Part shown: piece after piece, positions 1-9,838 of the stretch | How positions within the stretch are numbered: the first letter of the stretch is position 1 | How the letters are laid out: each line of letters opens with the position of its first letter | NCBI GenBank assembly: GCA_963765945.1 | Contig: CAVXYS010000013.1 | Location: 60,939 to 124,938 of the forward strand | Origin: an uncultured Alphaproteobacteria bacterium | Lineage (GTDB): Bacteria > Pseudomonadota > Alphaproteobacteria > Sphingomonadales > Sphingomonadaceae | Reading direction: 5' to 3' | Length of the DNA stretch: 64,000 bases | Notes under the pieces: model-generated | What the model was told of the DNA's origin: nothing | The model's input: only the letters and a program-made list of their open reading frames with translations | Databases searched by the model: none | Program-made: the position numbers and the translations under genes

Positions 1-470
1 TCGCGCCGTTCGCTGCGTTGCTGGTCGTCCTGCTGGGCGCGATGAAGGGGCCGTCGCCCAGTCCCGCCGCGGCCCTCGGCCTGCTGGCGGTGCTGATCGC
101 GATGACCTTCCTTGCCGTGCGGCTGATCCTCGCGGTCGGCGTGGCCAGCGCCGAATCGGCGGGCCCGGTGCAGATTCTCAAGCGCAGCTGGGCCCTGACC
201 GCGGGCAACTGGTGGCGGCTGTTCGCGTTCCTGCTGCTGTTCATCGTCGCCGTCTTGTGCGTCCTGGTCGCCGTCGGCGCGATCATCGGGCTGCTGGTCG
301 CGCTCGTCGTCGGGGCCCCGACCGGAATGACCCTGTCTCGGCTGATCGTCGTGCTCGTGTCGCAGCTGGCGGCCGGCGCCGTCACCGCGGCGTTCATCGT
401 GATGATTGCCCGGATCTACCTTCAGCTGTCCGGGCTGGGCGGCGCGTCGGTCCCGAAAAGCGGGATCTGA
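1..470 (+). CDS. Multi-pass membrane protein, 3' part (GDPD membrane-domain-like)
   Basis: Hydrophobic ORF with 'LKRSWALTAGNWWRLF' motif; 5' end lies outside the window. Confidence 0.6.
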   Translation, partial: APFAALLVVLLGAMKGPSPSPAAALGLLAVLIAMTFLAVRLILAVGVASAESAGPVQILKRSWALTAGNWWRLFAFLLLFIVAVLCVLVAVGAIIGLLVALVVGAPTGMTLSRLIVVLVSQLAAGAVTAAFIVMIARIYLQLSGLGGASVPKSGI

Positions 471-1031
471 GGGGCGCAGTCCCTGGGCAGGATGCCGGCG
501 AGGCGCGGGTCGGGAAAGCGCTCGATCGCGCGCTTGTAGGGGACGAAGCCGGCGCGGCGGTAAGCGGCGAGCGCGGCCGGATGGTCGAGGGTGCAGGTGT
601 GGACGTGAACTCGGCGCACGCCGTCGCGCCACGCCAGCCGCACCGCTTCGGCCAGCAGCCATTTGCCGTGGCCCATGCCGGCGAGTGCGGGCACCAGCCC
701 GATGAACGCGAGCTCGCACTCGCCCGGTTCGCGGAAGTCCAATTCGAGCATGCCGACAACCGCTTCGACGGCGGCGACTTCGAACAGAGTGACGTCGGGG
801 TGGCGGATGATCGACTTCCAACTCGGCGTCGGCCATCACCAGCCGCGAGAACCACAGCCACGGCGCGCCGACTCGCCGGAACAGGGCGCGATACTGGTCG
901 GCGGTCGGTTGGCCGACGCGGCGCAGCTGCAGGGTCGGCCGCGGCAAGTCGAGGGCCGGCGGCGGCGCGCGCATTTCGAGGTAGGTGACGACCGCGGCGA
1001 GCTCGGCGGAGGGGAGAGGGGTGTAGGTCAT
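422..1031 (-). CDS. GNAT-family N-acetyltransferase (frameshifted near 810-750)
   Basis: Starts MTYTPLPSAELAAVVTYLEM; C-terminal part has 'GMGHGKWLL' acetyl-CoA loop and 'VHTCTLDHPAALAAY'. Confidence 0.8.
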
Positions 1032-1033
1032 GC

Positions 1034-1186
1034 GCAGTTCCTCCCTGCCGCGAAGCGGCGGGGAGGGGAACCATCCAACGCAGATTGGATGGTGGAGGGG
1101 TAGGAGGCGCCGGCGGTGGCGCCCGTTACCCCTCCACCAGCTGCGCTGGTTCCCCTCCCCATCGCGGCGCGATGGGGAGGAACTGC
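1034..1186. repeat. Composite palindromic repeat, family A copy 1
   Basis: 12-bp terminal inverted repeat GCAGTTCCTCCC/GGGAGGAACTGC, four internal hairpins; close to the reverse complement of 16383-16522. Confidence 0.9.
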
Positions 1187-1191
1187 CGCCC

Positions 1192-2046
1192 TCATTTCCA
1201 TCTCGCCAGCGGCGGCAGGCTCATCAGGATCGCGTCGACGTTGCCGCCGGTCTTGAGGCCGAACAGGGTGCCGCGGTCGTAGAGCAGGTTGAACTCGACG
1301 TAGCGGCCGCGGAACTCGAGCAGCCGGTCGATGTCCTCGGCCGTGAAGGGTGTCGCCATGCGCTTGCGGATGAGCCGGGGGACGACGTCGAGGAATGCCT
1401 CGCCGACGTCGCGGGTGAAGGCGAAGTGGGCGTCGAAATGGTCTTCGAGATAATCGTAGAAGATGCCGCCGACGCCGCGCGCGACGCCGCGGTGGGGCAG
1501 CCAGAAATAGTCCTCGGCCCACTTCGAAAAGCGCGGATAGAAGGTCGGATCGTGGGCGGCGCAGGCGGCGCGGAAGGCCGCGTGGAAGGCCGCCGTGTCT
1601 TCGTCGTAGGGGATTGCCGGGTTGAGGTCGGCGCCGCCCCCGAACCAGCGCTTCGTGGTGGTGAGGAAGCGCGTGTTCATGTGCACCGCGGGGACGTGCG
1701 GGTTGGCCATGTGCGCGACGAGACTGATCCCGGTGGCGAAGAAGCTGGGATCCTCCTCCGCGCCGGGGATGCTCCTGGCGAACTCGGGACTGAACGCGCC
1801 GCCGACGGTCGAGACGTTGACTCCGACCTTCTCGAACACCGCGCCGGCCAGCTGGCCGCGCACCCCGCCGCCGCCAGGCTCGCCCGACGGATCGGTTCGC
1901 TCCCACGGCGTGAAGGCGAAGGCGGCGTCGGACCCGGCCTCGCGCTCGATGTCCTCGAAGGTCGCGCAGATCCGGTCGCGCAGGGCTTCGAACCAGTCGC
2001 GCGCCGCCTGTTGCTGGTCGTCGAGGGCAAGCATCGGCGCCGTCAT
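1192..2046 (-). CDS. hemF: Oxygen-dependent coproporphyrinogen III oxidase
   Basis: Motifs FEKVGVN, HMNTR, WFGGGADL, RGRYVEFNLLYDRGT, ILMSLPP; start could be 2034. Confidence 0.97.
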   Translation of the reverse strand: MTAPMLALDDQQQAARDWFEALRDRICATFEDIEREAGSDAAFAFTPWERTDPSGEPGGGGVRGQLAGAVFEKVGVNVSTVGGAFSPEFARSIPGAEEDPSFFATGISLVAHMANPHVPAVHMNTRFLTTTKRWFGGGADLNPAIPYDEDTAAFHAAFRAACAAHDPTFYPRFSKWAEDYFWLPHRGVARGVGGIFYDYLEDHFDAHFAFTRDVGEAFLDVVPRLIRKRMATPFTAEDIDRLLEFRGRYVEFNLLYDRGTLFGLKTGGNVDAILMSLPPLARWK

Positions 2047-2071
2047 TGCGAGAAGGCGATGCGACGTGCAA
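2041..2071. repeat. Degenerate half copy of a CGTC-ended palindromic repeat
   Basis: CGTCATTGCGAG...GCGACGTGCAA resembles the ends of the 6767-6842 element. Confidence 0.5.
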
Positions 2072-2090
2072 GGTGGCCGCGAGGAGGGGC

Positions 2091-2999
2091 ATGCCGATGT
2101 CGTCCATGCTGATCGCGCTTTTGGTTCCGATCGTTCTCGCGACGCTCGTTTTCACGATCGTGCTGATCAGAGCCGTCATTGCCGAGCGCGCGTGGCCCAC
2201 TGCGGAGACGCTCGGGCTTGGCGCGGTCGTGTGCTTCTTCGACACATTGGGCATCGGGTCGTTTGCGATGACGACGGCGTGGTTGAAGTTTCGGCACCTC
2301 ACTCCGGACCGGCTGATTCCTCCGACCATCCTCGTCGGCCTGACGATCGCAGCGGTGCTGGAGTCGATCATCTTCCTCCTGCAGCTCGGGGTGAAGGTCG
2401 ACCCGGTTCTGCTGGTCGGCTGCATTGTGGCTTGCACGACAGGCGGGTTGATCGGAGCGCCACTGGTTCACAAGACTCGGGTGTGGATCGTGCAATTCGT
2501 TGTCGCGATCGGCTTGACGCTCGCAGCGATCGCCTACGCGCTAACCAACCTTCACATGTTTCCCGGGGGAGGGACGGCATCCTCCCTGCCTATCGCGCTG
2601 ACTGTTCTCGCCATCGTCGCCAATTTCGTCTTTGGCGTCCTGTTAAACTACGGTGTCGGCAACTATGGGCCGACCCTGGTGATCTTAAGCCTGATGGGTA
2701 TGGACCCGAGGCTCTGCTTCCCGATCATGGCCGGAGCCGCAGCTCTCATGGGATCGACCGCGAGCATAAGACACATCAACACCGGCAATCTCGATCTGCG
2801 AGTCGTCATGGGCCTTACGATCGGCGGAATCCCGGCCGTATTCGTAGCCGCCTACGTGGTTGTCACCATGCAGTTGGAGCTTCTGCGCTGGATGGTGCTA
2901 GTGGTCGTGCTTTACGCCGCAGCGATCATGCTTCGCGCTGCGATCCTCGGCCGGCGCGAGCATAAGGCCGAGCCGGGGACGGCCGCGGTGGCCGACTGA
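2091..2999 (+). CDS. TauE/SafE-like permease
   Basis: About 9 TM segments, 'FFDTLGIGSFA', 'FPIMAG'; SD GAGGAG upstream. Confidence 0.75.
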   Translation: MPMSSMLIALLVPIVLATLVFTIVLIRAVIAERAWPTAETLGLGAVVCFFDTLGIGSFAMTTAWLKFRHLTPDRLIPPTILVGLTIAAVLESIIFLLQLGVKVDPVLLVGCIVACTTGGLIGAPLVHKTRVWIVQFVVAIGLTLAAIAYALTNLHMFPGGGTASSLPIALTVLAIVANFVFGVLLNYGVGNYGPTLVILSLMGMDPRLCFPIMAGAAALMGSTASIRHINTGNLDLRVVMGLTIGGIPAVFVAAYVVVTMQLELLRWMVLVVVLYAAAIMLRAAILGRREHKAEPGTAAVAD

Positions 3000-3000
3000 C

Positions 3001-3025
3001 GGAACCGCCGCCCGGCAGAGTCATT
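3001..3025 (+). promoter_or_regulatory. Candidate EcfG (general stress sigma) promoter
   Basis: GGAAC-N16-CATT versus consensus GGAAC-N16-CGTT, 33 bp before the small ORF. Confidence 0.5.
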
Positions 3026-3058
3026 GTTGCGCGGCGGGGCCTGTGAGGAGGCGGAAGC

Positions 3059-3139
3059 ATGCGCTCCATCCTGCTGTACCTGATCGGCATTCCGATCCCG
3101 ATCATCCTGCTGCTGGTGCTCTGCACCCACCATTTCTAG
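3059..3139 (+). CDS. 26-aa single-pass membrane microprotein MRSILLYLIGIPIPIILLLVLCTHHF
   Basis: Read by hand: SD GAGGAG at 3045-3050, ATG 3059, TAG 3137-3139, GC3-rich codons; below ORF-track cutoff. Confidence 0.75.
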   Translation: MRSILLYLIGIPIPIILLLVLCTHHF

Positions 3140-3147
3140 GCCAAGGG

Positions 3148-3414
3148 TCAGGAGCGCGCCCACTCCTTGGTCTTGTCGGCGATGGTCAGCTCGCGCAGCA
3201 GCGCGTCGACGCTTTTCGTCAGCTCGTTGAGGAAGCTCACCTGGTGGCGGGCGCCGCGATAGCTCTCGGCCATGAGGATCGCGTCGATCAGGATCGGCAC
3301 GACCAGGCTTTCGGGATCATCGAGCTCGGCCAGGCCGCGCAGCCGCTCGAGCGCCTTGCGCCGCGCGCGCTCCGGGTCGGACAAAGCTTCGTTGCGGCCG
3401 ATGAACCAGGGCAT
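3148..3414 (-). CDS. Hypothetical helical protein
   Basis: ORF with host-like codons and upstream GAGGAG. Confidence 0.6.
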   Translation of the reverse strand: MPWFIGRNEALSDPERARRKALERLRGLAELDDPESLVVPILIDAILMAESYRGARHQVSFLNELTKSVDALLRELTIADKTKEWARS

Positions 3415-3511
3415 GACGGTTGGCACTCCTCATCAAAGCGCCAAGGATAGAGGGCGGCCGGGCGATGGGAAGTTCGAGCGGGCGCGGGCGAAGGGCGCTT
3501 GGGCGCGTCGC

Positions 3512-3730
3512 TCAGTCCGCGGTCGAGCCGCCGTCCGTGCCGAGCGGCATCAGCGGGGCTGCTTCCCAGCGCTTGAGCTTGCGGTCAGCGAGCCACAGCT
3601 CCATCGGATTGCCGTCGTACCAGCCTTCGGCGATCGCGATGGCCGCAGCCTCGCTGTCCGCGAGGAAATCGCGGCGATGGTCGATGTGACCGCTGAAGCG
3701 GTCCATCAAGTAGAGGCGATACCCGTTCAT
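3512..3730 (-). CDS. Small hypothetical protein (YRLYLMD..GHI..A.SEAAAI..A..MELW type)
   Basis: Motif pattern common in small alphaproteobacterial proteins. Confidence 0.65.
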   Translation of the reverse strand: MNGYRLYLMDRFSGHIDHRRDFLADSEAAAIAIAEGWYDGNPMELWLADRKLKRWEAAPLMPLGTDGGSTAD

Positions 3731-3934
3731 TCCCGGCCACCCCCCGGTGGCGAGTCGCATTGTAGCATTTATCCACAGGCGAAACGATTCCGCCGCCGAA
3801 ACCCGCCGAATTCCAGCCTTGGCAGGGGGGATATGCCTCGCTATCAGCGCGCCAATCGCGCCGGCTCCCTGCCGGAGCGGCGTCGCTCATAAGCCTCACC
3901 GGCACCGACAAGCATAAGCGTCAAAAGGGGAAGC

Positions 3935-4511
3935 ATGGCCACCAAGTCTGCTGAAGGTCTCGGATCAGACAGGCGAAGGCGGAATCCGCCGCCGCGATTT
4001 CCTCAATATCGCCCCGGTCGCCTTCGCCGGCGTTGGCACCATCGCCGCACTGGCGCCGCTGATCGTGCAGATGAGCCCGTCGGCCGACGTGCTCGCGCTG
4101 GCCACGATCGAGGTCGACATTTCCAAGGTCCAGCCGGGGCAGGGGATCAAGGTCAGCTGGCGCAAGCAGCCGGTGTTCGTCCGCAACCTGACGCCGAAGG
4201 AAATCGCGGCCGCGAACGCCGTCCCGCTCGACTCGCTGCGCGACCCGCAGAGCCTCGCCCAGCGGACCAAGCCGGGCAAGATGAACTGGCTGATCACGCT
4301 CGGCGTCTGCACCCATCTCGGCTGCGTTCCGCTCGGCATCACCGAGGGCGAGAACCGGGGGCCGTACGGCGGCTATTTCTGCCCGTGCCACGGCTCGGCC
4401 TACGACACCGCCGCCCGGATCCGGCAAGGCCCCGCGCCGCTCAACCTGCAGGTTCCGGACTACGAATTCAAATCGCCGACCATTGTCGAGATCGGGGCAG
4501 CGAAGAAATGA
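3935..4511 (+). CDS. petA: Cytochrome bc1 Rieske Fe-S subunit (frameshift near 3957)
   Basis: Tat motif RRRDFL, CTHLGC and CPCHGS boxes. Confidence 0.96.
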
Positions 4512-5824
4512 GCTTTTCCTGGGCCAAGCCCTACGAACCCAAGCATCCGTTCATGCGCTGGCTCGACGACCGGCTGCCGCTGCCGCGCATCGTCTACCAC
4601 GCCACCGGGCCCGGCTATCCGGTGCCGCGCAACCTCAACCTGTGGTGGAACTTCGGGGTCCTCGCCGGGATCTTCCTGACCATCCAGATCATCACCGGCA
4701 TCGTCCTGGCGATGCATTTCTATGCGACCGCCGACGGCGCGTTCAACTCGGTCAACCAGCTGATCATGCGCGACGTCAACGCCGGCTGGCTGCTGCGCTA
4801 CGCCCACATGAACGGCGCCAGCTTCTTCTTCATCGTGGTCTACATCCACATCTTCCGCGGCCTGTTCTACGGCTCGTACAAGGCGCCGCGCGAGCTGGTG
4901 TGGATGCTCGGCCTCGTCATCTACCTGCTGATGATGGCCACGTCCTTCATGGGCTACGTCCTGCCGTGGGGGCAGATGAGCTATTGGGGGGCGCAGGTCA
5001 TCACCGGCTTCTTCTCGGCCTTCCCGCTGGTCGGCGAGCCGATCCGCGTGTGGCTGCTCGGCGGCTATGCGCCTGACCAGGCGGCGCTGACCCGCTTCTT
5101 CTCGCTCCACTACCTGCTGCCGTTCGTGATCGCCGCGGTGGTCATCCTCCACATCTGGGCGCTGCACATCCCGGGATCGGGCAACCCGACCGGGGTCGAC
5201 GTCAAGGAGGAGAAGGACACGCTGCCGTTCCACCCGTTCTACACGGCCAAGGACGGCTGGTTCGCCGCGGCGTTCCTGACGCTCTACGCGATCGTCACCT
5301 TCTACGCCCCCAACTATCTCGGGCATGCCGACAATTACATTCCGGCGAACGCGCTCTCGACCCCGGCGCACATCGTCCCCGAATGGTATTTCTGGCCGTT
5401 CTACGCGATCCTGCGCTCGTTCACCGCCGACTTCATCCTGCCCGCCAAATTGTGGGGCGTGCTGGCGATGTTCACCTCGATCCTGCTGCTGTTCTTCCTG
5501 CCGTGGCTCGACAAGTCGCCGGTCCGCTCGGGCAGCTACCGGCCGGTGTTCAAGCGCTTCTTCTGGCTGCTGGTCGTCGACGTCATCGTCCTCGGCTACG
5601 TCGGCGGCGCCGAGATCAATCCGTTCAACATCGCGCTCGGCCAGATCGCGTCGGCCTATTATTTCCTCCACTTCCTGGTGATCCTGCCGATCGTATCGGC
5701 GTTCGAGACGCCCGATCCGCTGCCCAATTCGATCAGCGAATCGGTGCTTCACGGCGAGGCTGCGGAAGCGGCGCCGGCGGGCCAGGGCAAGCCGCGCCGC
5801 GGGTCCGTGGCGACGGCTGGTTAA
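4508..5824 (+). CDS. petB: Cytochrome b
   Basis: WNFG, RYAHMNGAS, GYVLPWGQMSYWG, PEWY motifs; ATGA overlap with petA. Confidence 0.98.
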   Translation: MSFSWAKPYEPKHPFMRWLDDRLPLPRIVYHATGPGYPVPRNLNLWWNFGVLAGIFLTIQIITGIVLAMHFYATADGAFNSVNQLIMRDVNAGWLLRYAHMNGASFFFIVVYIHIFRGLFYGSYKAPRELVWMLGLVIYLLMMATSFMGYVLPWGQMSYWGAQVITGFFSAFPLVGEPIRVWLLGGYAPDQAALTRFFSLHYLLPFVIAAVVILHIWALHIPGSGNPTGVDVKEEKDTLPFHPFYTAKDGWFAAAFLTLYAIVTFYAPNYLGHADNYIPANALSTPAHIVPEWYFWPFYAILRSFTADFILPAKLWGVLAMFTSILLLFFLPWLDKSPVRSGSYRPVFKRFFWLLVVDVIVLGYVGGAEINPFNIALGQIASAYYFLHFLVILPIVSAFETPDPLPNSISESVLHGEAAEAAPAGQGKPRRGSVATAG

Positions 5825-5840
5825 AGGGGCAGACGCAGAC

Positions 5841-6761
5841 ATGATCCGGGTCATCAGTTTCGTTGTCGGAGTCGTCTTCGCGGGCGTCCTGCTGATCGCC
5901 ATGATCGGCAACCTTTCGACCTATTTCACGAGCCCGCCGGCGCCGCTCCCGGCGGAGGAGTTCCACAAGGAGCCGAAGCCGCTCAAGCTGGCCAGCGACG
6001 GGCCGTTCGGCCGGTTCGACAACCAGCAGCTGCAGCGCGGCTTCCAGGTCTATTCGGAGGTCTGCTCGGCGTGCCACAGCCTCAAGCTCGCCTCGTTCCG
6101 CGAACTCGAGCAGCTCGGCTACAACGAGGCCGAGATCAAGAAGATCGCGTCCGACTGGAAGACCGAGGTCCCGTCGATCAACCCCGACACGGGCGAGCCG
6201 GCGACGCGCAAGGCGCTGCCGTCCGACACCTTCCCGGCGCCGTTCCCGAACGAGACTGCGGCGCGGGCAGCGAACAACAATGCGCTGCCGCCCGACCTGA
6301 CGCTGATCACCAAGGCGCGCGAGGGCGGGGCCGCCTACGTCTATTCGCTGCTCACCGGCTACCAGAACCAGCCGGCCGAGCTGTTGCATAAATTCCCGGA
6401 CGCCAAGACCCCGCCGGGGCTGCACTACAACCCCTATTTCGCGAACCTCAACATTGCCATGCCGCCGCCGCTCAGGGGCGGTGAGGTGACGTTCGCCGAC
6501 GGCACTCCGAACACGCTCGGGAACGAGGCGCGGGACGTCGCCGCTTTCCTGGTGTGGGCGGGCGAGCCGAACCTCGGCAACCGTCACGCCGCCGGGCTCG
6601 CCGTGGTCGTGTTCCTGCTGTTCGCGTCGGTGCTGGCTTATCTCGCCTACCGCCAGATCTGGCACGAGGCGAAGCGCGTGGTGCGGGTGACCGGGCCGCT
6701 CGACCCCGAGAACCAGGCCAAGACCGGCCGCGCCAAGGCCAAGGCGAAGATCGCCGGCTAA
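5841..6761 (+). CDS. petC: Cytochrome c1
   Basis: QRGFQVY, CSACH heme motif, PPDL, IAMPPPL, C-terminal TM. Confidence 0.97.
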   Translation: MIRVISFVVGVVFAGVLLIAMIGNLSTYFTSPPAPLPAEEFHKEPKPLKLASDGPFGRFDNQQLQRGFQVYSEVCSACHSLKLASFRELEQLGYNEAEIKKIASDWKTEVPSINPDTGEPATRKALPSDTFPAPFPNETAARAANNNALPPDLTLITKAREGGAAYVYSLLTGYQNQPAELLHKFPDAKTPPGLHYNPYFANLNIAMPPPLRGGEVTFADGTPNTLGNEARDVAAFLVWAGEPNLGNRHAAGLAVVVFLLFASVLAYLAYRQIWHEAKRVVRVTGPLDPENQAKTGRAKAKAKIAG

Positions 6762-6766
6762 CCCCG

Positions 6767-6842
6767 CGTCAGTGCGAGCGTAGCGAAGCAATCCAGGAGG
6801 CAGTCTGGATTGCCGCGGCTCCTTCGGAGCCTCGCAATGGCG
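6767..6842. repeat. CGTC-ended palindromic repeat (REP/RPE-like)
   Basis: CGTCAGTGCGAGCGTAGCGAAGCAATCCAG...CTGGATTGC...CTCGCAATGGCG, just after the petC stop. Confidence 0.85.
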
Positions 6843-6913
6843 TAATTCAGCCGCGGTTCACGCGGCCGGGCGTCATCGCAGATGAGTTCCCTCCGGTGTT
6901 TTGGAGACTCGAC

Positions 6914-7633
6914 ATGCGCATCCTCAATCTGCGCCTCGCCGCTGTGGCGTTAATCAGCGGCATCACCCTCGCCGGCTGCGGCTACAACGGCCTCTACGGC
7001 GGCCTCGGCACCGGCTACGGCAATTACGGCTACGACAGCTACGGCTATGGCTCGCCCTACGGCGGTTACGGCTACGGCTCGCCCTACGGCGGTTATGGCT
7101 ACGGCTATGGGTCGCCCTATGGCGGCTACGGCTACGGCAATCCGTACGGCGGGTTCGGCGATTACCTCGGCTATGGCTACGGCGGCAATCCATACGGCTG
7201 GTACAACGGCTATTATTATCCGGGCAGCGGCTATTACGTGTACGACCGCAACCACCATCGCCGCCAGATCACCGACGCCGAGCGGCAATATTGGCGGGAC
7301 AAGTTCAACCGGATGACGAACGGCACGACCGGCACGACCAGCACGACCGGCGTCAGGACGTCGAGTATCACTCCGCGCGAGAATTGGAGCGGGTTCAGGC
7401 GGATCCAGACGCGTAGCGCGACTTCGACCAACGCGGTCACGCCGCGCCAGTCGTGGGGCGACTACAACCGCAGCCGTTCGCGCAGCTCGGTCACGACCAG
7501 CAGCACCGACAGTTCGGACCGGAGCCGTTCGTGGCGGCACTCGTCGTCGTCGTCAGCGTCGACGACCAGCTCGAGCTCGGACGACAACAGCAGCAGCGAT
7601 CGCGGCCGCGGCCACCGCCGCAACCGCGACTAG
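6914..7633 (+). CDS. Gly/Tyr-rich low-complexity lipoprotein with Ser/Thr/Arg-rich tail
   Basis: SD GGAG, signal peptide with lipobox LAGC, GYGSPYGGY repeats. Confidence 0.85.
   Translation: MRILNLRLAAVALISGITLAGCGYNGLYGGLGTGYGNYGYDSYGYGSPYGGYGYGSPYGGYGYGYGSPYGGYGYGNPYGGFGDYLGYGYGGNPYGWYNGYYYPGSGYYVYDRNHHRRQITDAERQYWRDKFNRMTNGTTGTTSTTGVRTSSITPRENWSGFRRIQTRSATSTNAVTPRQSWGDYNRSRSRSSVTTSSTDSSDRSRSWRHSSSSSASTTSSSSDDNSSSDRGRGHRRNRD
7043..7156 (+). repeat. Coding tandem repeat, 4 x 27 bp (GYGSPYGGY) with one extra GY
   Basis: Units at 7043, 7070, 7103, 7130 with mostly synonymous differences. Confidence 0.85.
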
Positions 7634-7648
7634 GGTCCAGGCGGCGGC

Positions 7649-8095
7649 CTAGGCGGGCCGCCGCCGGATCAATACGATCGAGGTGAAGCGCATCACCGGG
7701 ACGCCGTCCTGGTTGGTGACGGTCGTCTGGGTGCGGAACGAGCCGAGCTCGGGCTTCGAGCGCGACGGCGTCTTGTCGATGATCTTGCCGCGGACGTGCA
7801 GCGTGTCGCCGGGATAGACCGGCTTCAGCCAGCGCAGTTCGTCGATCCCGGGCGAGCCGAGGCCCGCCTGCTCCTCGCCGACGACCTTGCGGGCGATCAC
7901 CGCCATGGTCATCGCCGCGGTGTGCCACCCGCTCGCGCAGAGCCGGCCGAAGTGGGTGTTGGCGGCACCCTCGTCGGACAGGTGGAACGGCTGCGGGTCG
8001 TATTTGCGCGCGAACTCGAGCACTTCCTCGCGAGTCACTTCATAGCAGCCGAACTCGGTCTCGGCGCCGACTTCCAGATCTTCGAAATAGCGCAT
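7649..8095 (-). CDS. MaoC-family dehydratase
   Basis: MRYFEDL, YDPQPFH, ASGWHT, LRWLKPVYPGD. Confidence 0.92.
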   Translation of the reverse strand: MRYFEDLEVGAETEFGCYEVTREEVLEFARKYDPQPFHLSDEGAANTHFGRLCASGWHTAAMTMAVIARKVVGEEQAGLGSPGIDELRWLKPVYPGDTLHVRGKIIDKTPSRSKPELGSFRTQTTVTNQDGVPVMRFTSIVLIRRRPA

Positions 8096-8142
8096 GATCG
8101 CGGCGCATAGCGGCGCGCCGCGCTTGGCGCTACGGTGGCGCC

Positions 8143-9747
8143 GTGGCGACGCAGGCACCCGTAACCGGCCGCTGGCATCCGCGCCTGATCGAGGCGGCGA
8201 TGGCGATGAATGAGAACCGGCTCGACGTCGCCGAGCGGCTGTTGAAGCCGCACCTCAAGGAGGATCCGTTCGACGTCTCCGCGATCCGCATGCTCGGCGA
8301 GCTGGCGGCGCGGATCGGGCGCTGGCGCGATTCGGAGCATCTGCTGCGCCGGGCGATCGAGCTTGCGCCGGGCTGGACCGCGCCCAAGGCCAATCTCGCC
8401 CTGATCCTCGGCCGGACGGGCCGGCCCGCCGAAGCGATGGAATTGCTCGAGGACGTGTTCGCCCTCGAGCCCGAGGAGATCGGCCACTGGAACCTCAAGG
8501 CCGCGACTCTCGGCCGCCTCGGCGACTTCGACCAGGCGATCGGCCTCTATGAGGAGGTGCTCGCGCGGACCCCGGGCCAGGCGCGGGTGTGGCTTAGCTA
8601 CGGCCATATGCTGAAGACCGTCGGCCGGCTGGACGAAGGCATCGACGCCTATCGCGAGGCGATCGAGGTGAAACCGACACTGGGCGAGGCCTGGTGGAGC
8701 CTCGCCAACCTCAAGACGGTCAAGTTCACCGATGCGGACGTGGCGGCGATGGAGCAGGCGCTGCGCGCGCCCGATCTTGGCGACGAGGACCGCTTCCATC
8801 TCGATTTCGCGCTCGGCAAGGCGATGCACGACGCCGGGCGGATCGACGACGCTTTCCGCCATTATTCGCGAGGCCAATGCACTGCGGCTCAAGAGCCAGC
8901 CGTACGACCGCGACAAGATCAGCCAGACCGTCGATCGCTGCATTGCGCTGTTCACCGCCGAGGCGTTCGCCGAGCGAGCCGGCGGCTGCGACGCGCCGGA
9001 CCCGATCTTCATCGTCGGCATGCCGCGCGCCGGATCGACCCTGGTCGAGCAGATTCTCGCCTCCCACAGCCTGGTCGAGGGCACCTCCGAGCTGCCCGAC
9101 ATCCCGGCGCTGGCGCGGACCGTCGGGCCCTATCCCAAGGGGATGCTCGACCTGTCGGCGGAGCGAGCGCCGCGAGCTCGGCGAGGATTATCTCAAGCGC
9201 GCCGGGGTGCAGCGCCGGACCGACCGGCCGTTGTTCATCGACAAGCTGCCCAACAACTGGCTGTTCGTGCCGTTCATCCGGCTGATCCTGCCCCGAGCGA
9301 AGATCATCGATGCGCGGCGGCACCCGCTCGCCTGCTGCCTGTCCAACTTCCGCCAGCATTTCGCGCGGGGACAGCCGTTCACCTACGGCCTCGACGATGT
9401 CGGCCATTATTATGCCGATTATGTGCGGCTGATGGCCCACATCGACGCGGTCCTGCCGGGCTACGTGCACCGCGTGATCTACGAGCGGATGGTCGACGAC
9501 ACCGAGGCCGAGGTCCGCGCGCTGCTCGACCATATCGGGCTCGAGTTCGAGCCGGCCTGCCTCGAATTCTACAAGACGGACCGCGCCGTGCGCACGGCGA
9601 GCTCGGAGCAGGTGCGCCAGCCGATCTATCGCGACGCGACCGACGAATGGCGGCCGTACGAGTCGCATCTCGGCGCCGCTCAAGGATGCGCTCGGCGAGT
9701 TGCTCGACGCCTATCCCGAGCCGCCCGCGTCATTCACGCAACGCTAG
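8143..9747 (+). CDS. TPR-repeat sulfotransferase (several frameshifts)
   Basis: TPR helices, then 5'-PSB loop PIFIVGMPRAGSTLVEQILASH, FIDKLPNN, RHPLACCLS, RTASSEQVRQPIY. Confidence 0.92.
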
Positions 9748-9781
9748 GTCGATAATCGTCACGCGTCCGTCATAGTTGCCG

Positions 9782-9813
9782 TTGACAAGCGCGCTGCGCT
9801 CTGTCGCTATGAG
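9782..9813 (+). promoter_or_regulatory. Candidate sigma70 promoter of the TonB-dependent receptor gene
   Basis: Perfect TTGACA at 9782 with GCTATG about 18 bp downstream. Confidence 0.45.
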
Positions 9814-9838
9814 GCCAAATAGCGAATGGGGGCATTCG

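Noticed and set aside
3935-5824. 629-aa ORF looking like an N-terminally extended cytochrome b
   Set aside because: An extra base near 3957 joins the petA start to an off-frame run into petB; petB starts at 4508.
6846-6860. TTCA-N7-TTCA direct repeat upstream of the Tyr-rich lipoprotein
   Set aside because: Could be a response-regulator site, but two 4-bp half sites are too little information without comparative data.
7043-7156. Short regular repeats as a possible CRISPR array
   Set aside because: In-frame coding repeats with no unique spacers and no cas genes.
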